Positions 62,643 through 64,000 of a stretch of DNA of 64,000 nucleotides are shown here, in pieces (the first letter of the stretch is position 1; each line of letters opens with the position of its first letter). Source of the stretch: an uncultured Thermotogae bacterium (lineage in GTDB: Bacteria; Bipolaricaulota; Bipolaricaulia; RBG-16-55-9); the NCBI GenBank assembly GCA_964567595.1, contig CAZMNF010000005.1, positions 305-64,304 of the forward strand, written 5' to 3'. The notes beneath the pieces were generated by a model. That model was not told the DNA's origin. It searched no databases and saw only the letters and a program-made list of their open reading frames with translations. The translations under genes and the position numbers were made by a program.

Positions 62643-64000
62643 TTAAAAGAACGTGCCGAAGCCGAAGACGCCCTGGACGGTCTGCACGCGATCGGTGATC
62701 GGCCAAGCCATCGCCACACGGACCGGCCCGACATAGGGGGCCGTCACCCGGCCCTCAACGCCGACCGACTTGCGCCAGACGTCGCCGTCGGTGCCGATGT
62801 CGGCGAAGAACGCCACCGACACGTTGGCCTGCGGCTCCAGCAGAATCCGGTATTCCAGGTTGGCGTAGCCAAGGGATGGCCCTCGAACCGTCTCCACGCT
62901 GCGCACGGTCGTCGAACTGCCCAGGGTGAACTCTTCCTGGGCCGGCAGCTGCGAGCCGGCGTTGCCAACCAACCGTAGGGCGAACGTCTGATCCTCAATG
63001 GTGGGCCAGTGCTGGACAATCGTCCCCTCGACCTTGGTGAAGGGGGTTCCGACGCCGAAGAGGCCGGCCCGCTCCATGGAGACCTGGCGCCGGCCGCCGC
63101 GCGTGGCGAACCGCGGGTTATTGCGGTCGTCTTGATTGAAGGACAGCGAGGCCACGGAGACGCGGCTGTGTTCGGGAGAAAGGTCTTCCTGATCCACAAA
63201 TTCCTTGGTGACCCACTCTTGGCGCATGCCAACTTCCGTCTGAGCATCTCCGCTGATCGGGACCGTCAACGAGGCCTCGCCGCCGCGGCGCTGCAGCCAG
63301 TACTGGCCCTGGTCGCTAGCGGACTCCTGGCTCGTCTCGTTGTAGACGTTGAGGTTCAGCGAATCGGTGCCCGGCACAAGCAGGCGGCCCTGATACTCGA
63401 GGTTGAAGTTGGTTGAAGCTTGGCCGACGACGCCGCGATCAACGCTGATCGATACGTCCTGGCCGAGGCCGTAGAGGTTCTTGCCGCTCAAGCTGAGCTG
63501 ACCGACCAGGCCTTCGCCCGACACGGAGAACCCGCCGTTGAGGCTGCCAGTCTTCCGCTTCTCCTCGGCCGTGATAATCACGCGGACGCCTCCAGCTTCG
63601 AGTCGCTCAAAGTTGTAGTTGACACTGTCAAAGTACTCCATCTGAAGGAGCCTCCGATACGACTCCTGGAGGCGGAACTGATTGGCGAGGTCGCCAGCCC
63701 CGAACGTCAATTGGGTTCGGATGATCTCCGGCTCGGTGCGCGGCAAGTCGCTGGTGGCGGAGGTTCCGAAGAACTGGCCGAGCAGCGTGCCGAACTCATT
63801 CACCATCTGGCGGAGCCCTTCGTTGTCCGCCGACTCCGAGGCCGGCTGTTCCGTCTGCTGAGCGGATCCATTGTCGGTTTGTTCGGACGCGTCGATCTCG
63901 AGCTCCTGCAGGCCGTCCTCGGGCGTGATCCGAGCGGTCTGATAGCCGTTCTGCTCGATCAGGATCTCCTCGATCCGGCCCTCTAAGATCTCGAGCGTCA
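62643..64000 (-). CDS. bamA: Outer membrane protein assembly factor BamA (C-terminal part; continues beyond the window)
   Basis: Beta-barrel alternating pattern ending in the OMP signature GVFGFGTFF. My hand translation of 63807-64000 stays open in frame with a POTRA-like segment (LEILEGRIEEILIEQNGYQTARITPEDG). Confidence 0.85.
   Translation of the reverse strand, partial: TLEILEGRIEEILIEQNGYQTARITPEDGLQELEIDASEQTDNGSAQQTEQPASESADNEGLRQMVNEFGTLLGQFFGTSATSDLPRTEPEIIRTQLTFGAGDLANQFRLQESYRRLLQMEYFDSVNYNFERLEAGGVRVIITAEEKRKTGSLNGGFSVSGEGLVGQLSLSGKNLYGLGQDVSISVDRGVVGQASTNFNLEYQGRLLVPGTDSLNLNVYNETSQESASDQGQYWLQRRGGEASLTVPISGDAQTEVGMRQEWVTKEFVDQEDLSPEHSRVSVASLSFNQDDRNNPRFATRGGRRQVSMERAGLFGVGTPFTKVEGTIVQHWPTIEDQTFALRLVGNAGSQLPAQEEFTLGSSTTVRSVETVRGPSLGYANLEYRILLEPQANVSVAFFADIGTDGDVWRKSVGVEGRVTAPYVGPVRVAMAWPITDRVQTVQGVFGFGTFF

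Overview
GC-rich (about two-thirds G+C by eye, not computed) bacterial chromosomal segment, densely coding and mostly housekeeping. I found no transposase, integrase, CRISPR array or rRNA. One tRNA-Leu(GAG) is present. Recognisable blocks are: (i) a tightly packed seven-gene MoxR/DUF58/vWA (Bat-like) operon on the minus strand, 1963-12748, that includes three uncharacterised membrane proteins; (ii) a five-gene envelope redox cluster, 14008-18731, encoding a cupredoxin-like protein, an unknown secreted protein, a membrane-bound OmpR-type wHTH regulator, a CHRD protein and a membrane-fused sulfite-oxidase-family Moco enzyme; (iii) an Rdx/NadM/HD operon followed by hisS; (iv) plsX-fabH-(DinB)-fabD-fabG-acpP; (v) a ClC channel, a PIN-ATPase-KH protein, a sigma-70 factor and DUF445; (vi) priA, an ABC ATPase, murE and gyrB; (vii) coaX, tatA, sucC, an S55-like peptidase, murF, lspA, tmk and dnaN; (viii) a partial dcw cluster, murD-ftsW-murG-murC-murB-ftsQ-ftsA-ftsZ; (ix) bamA(partial)-skp-skp-fabZ, which indicates a diderm envelope. 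The most interesting signal is a set of TTGAC(C/A/T) direct repeats in strict 11-bp register. They lie upstream of three genes of cluster (ii) that flank the unusual transmembrane wHTH regulator, which suggests a private, undescribed regulon. Canonical sigma-70-like promoters are readable in several lower-GC intergenic regions, and at least five sit 6-9 nt from the start codon, implying leaderless mRNAs. Many long ORFs in the six-frame track are antisense artefacts of high GC. Taxonomy cannot be assigned from this window alone.
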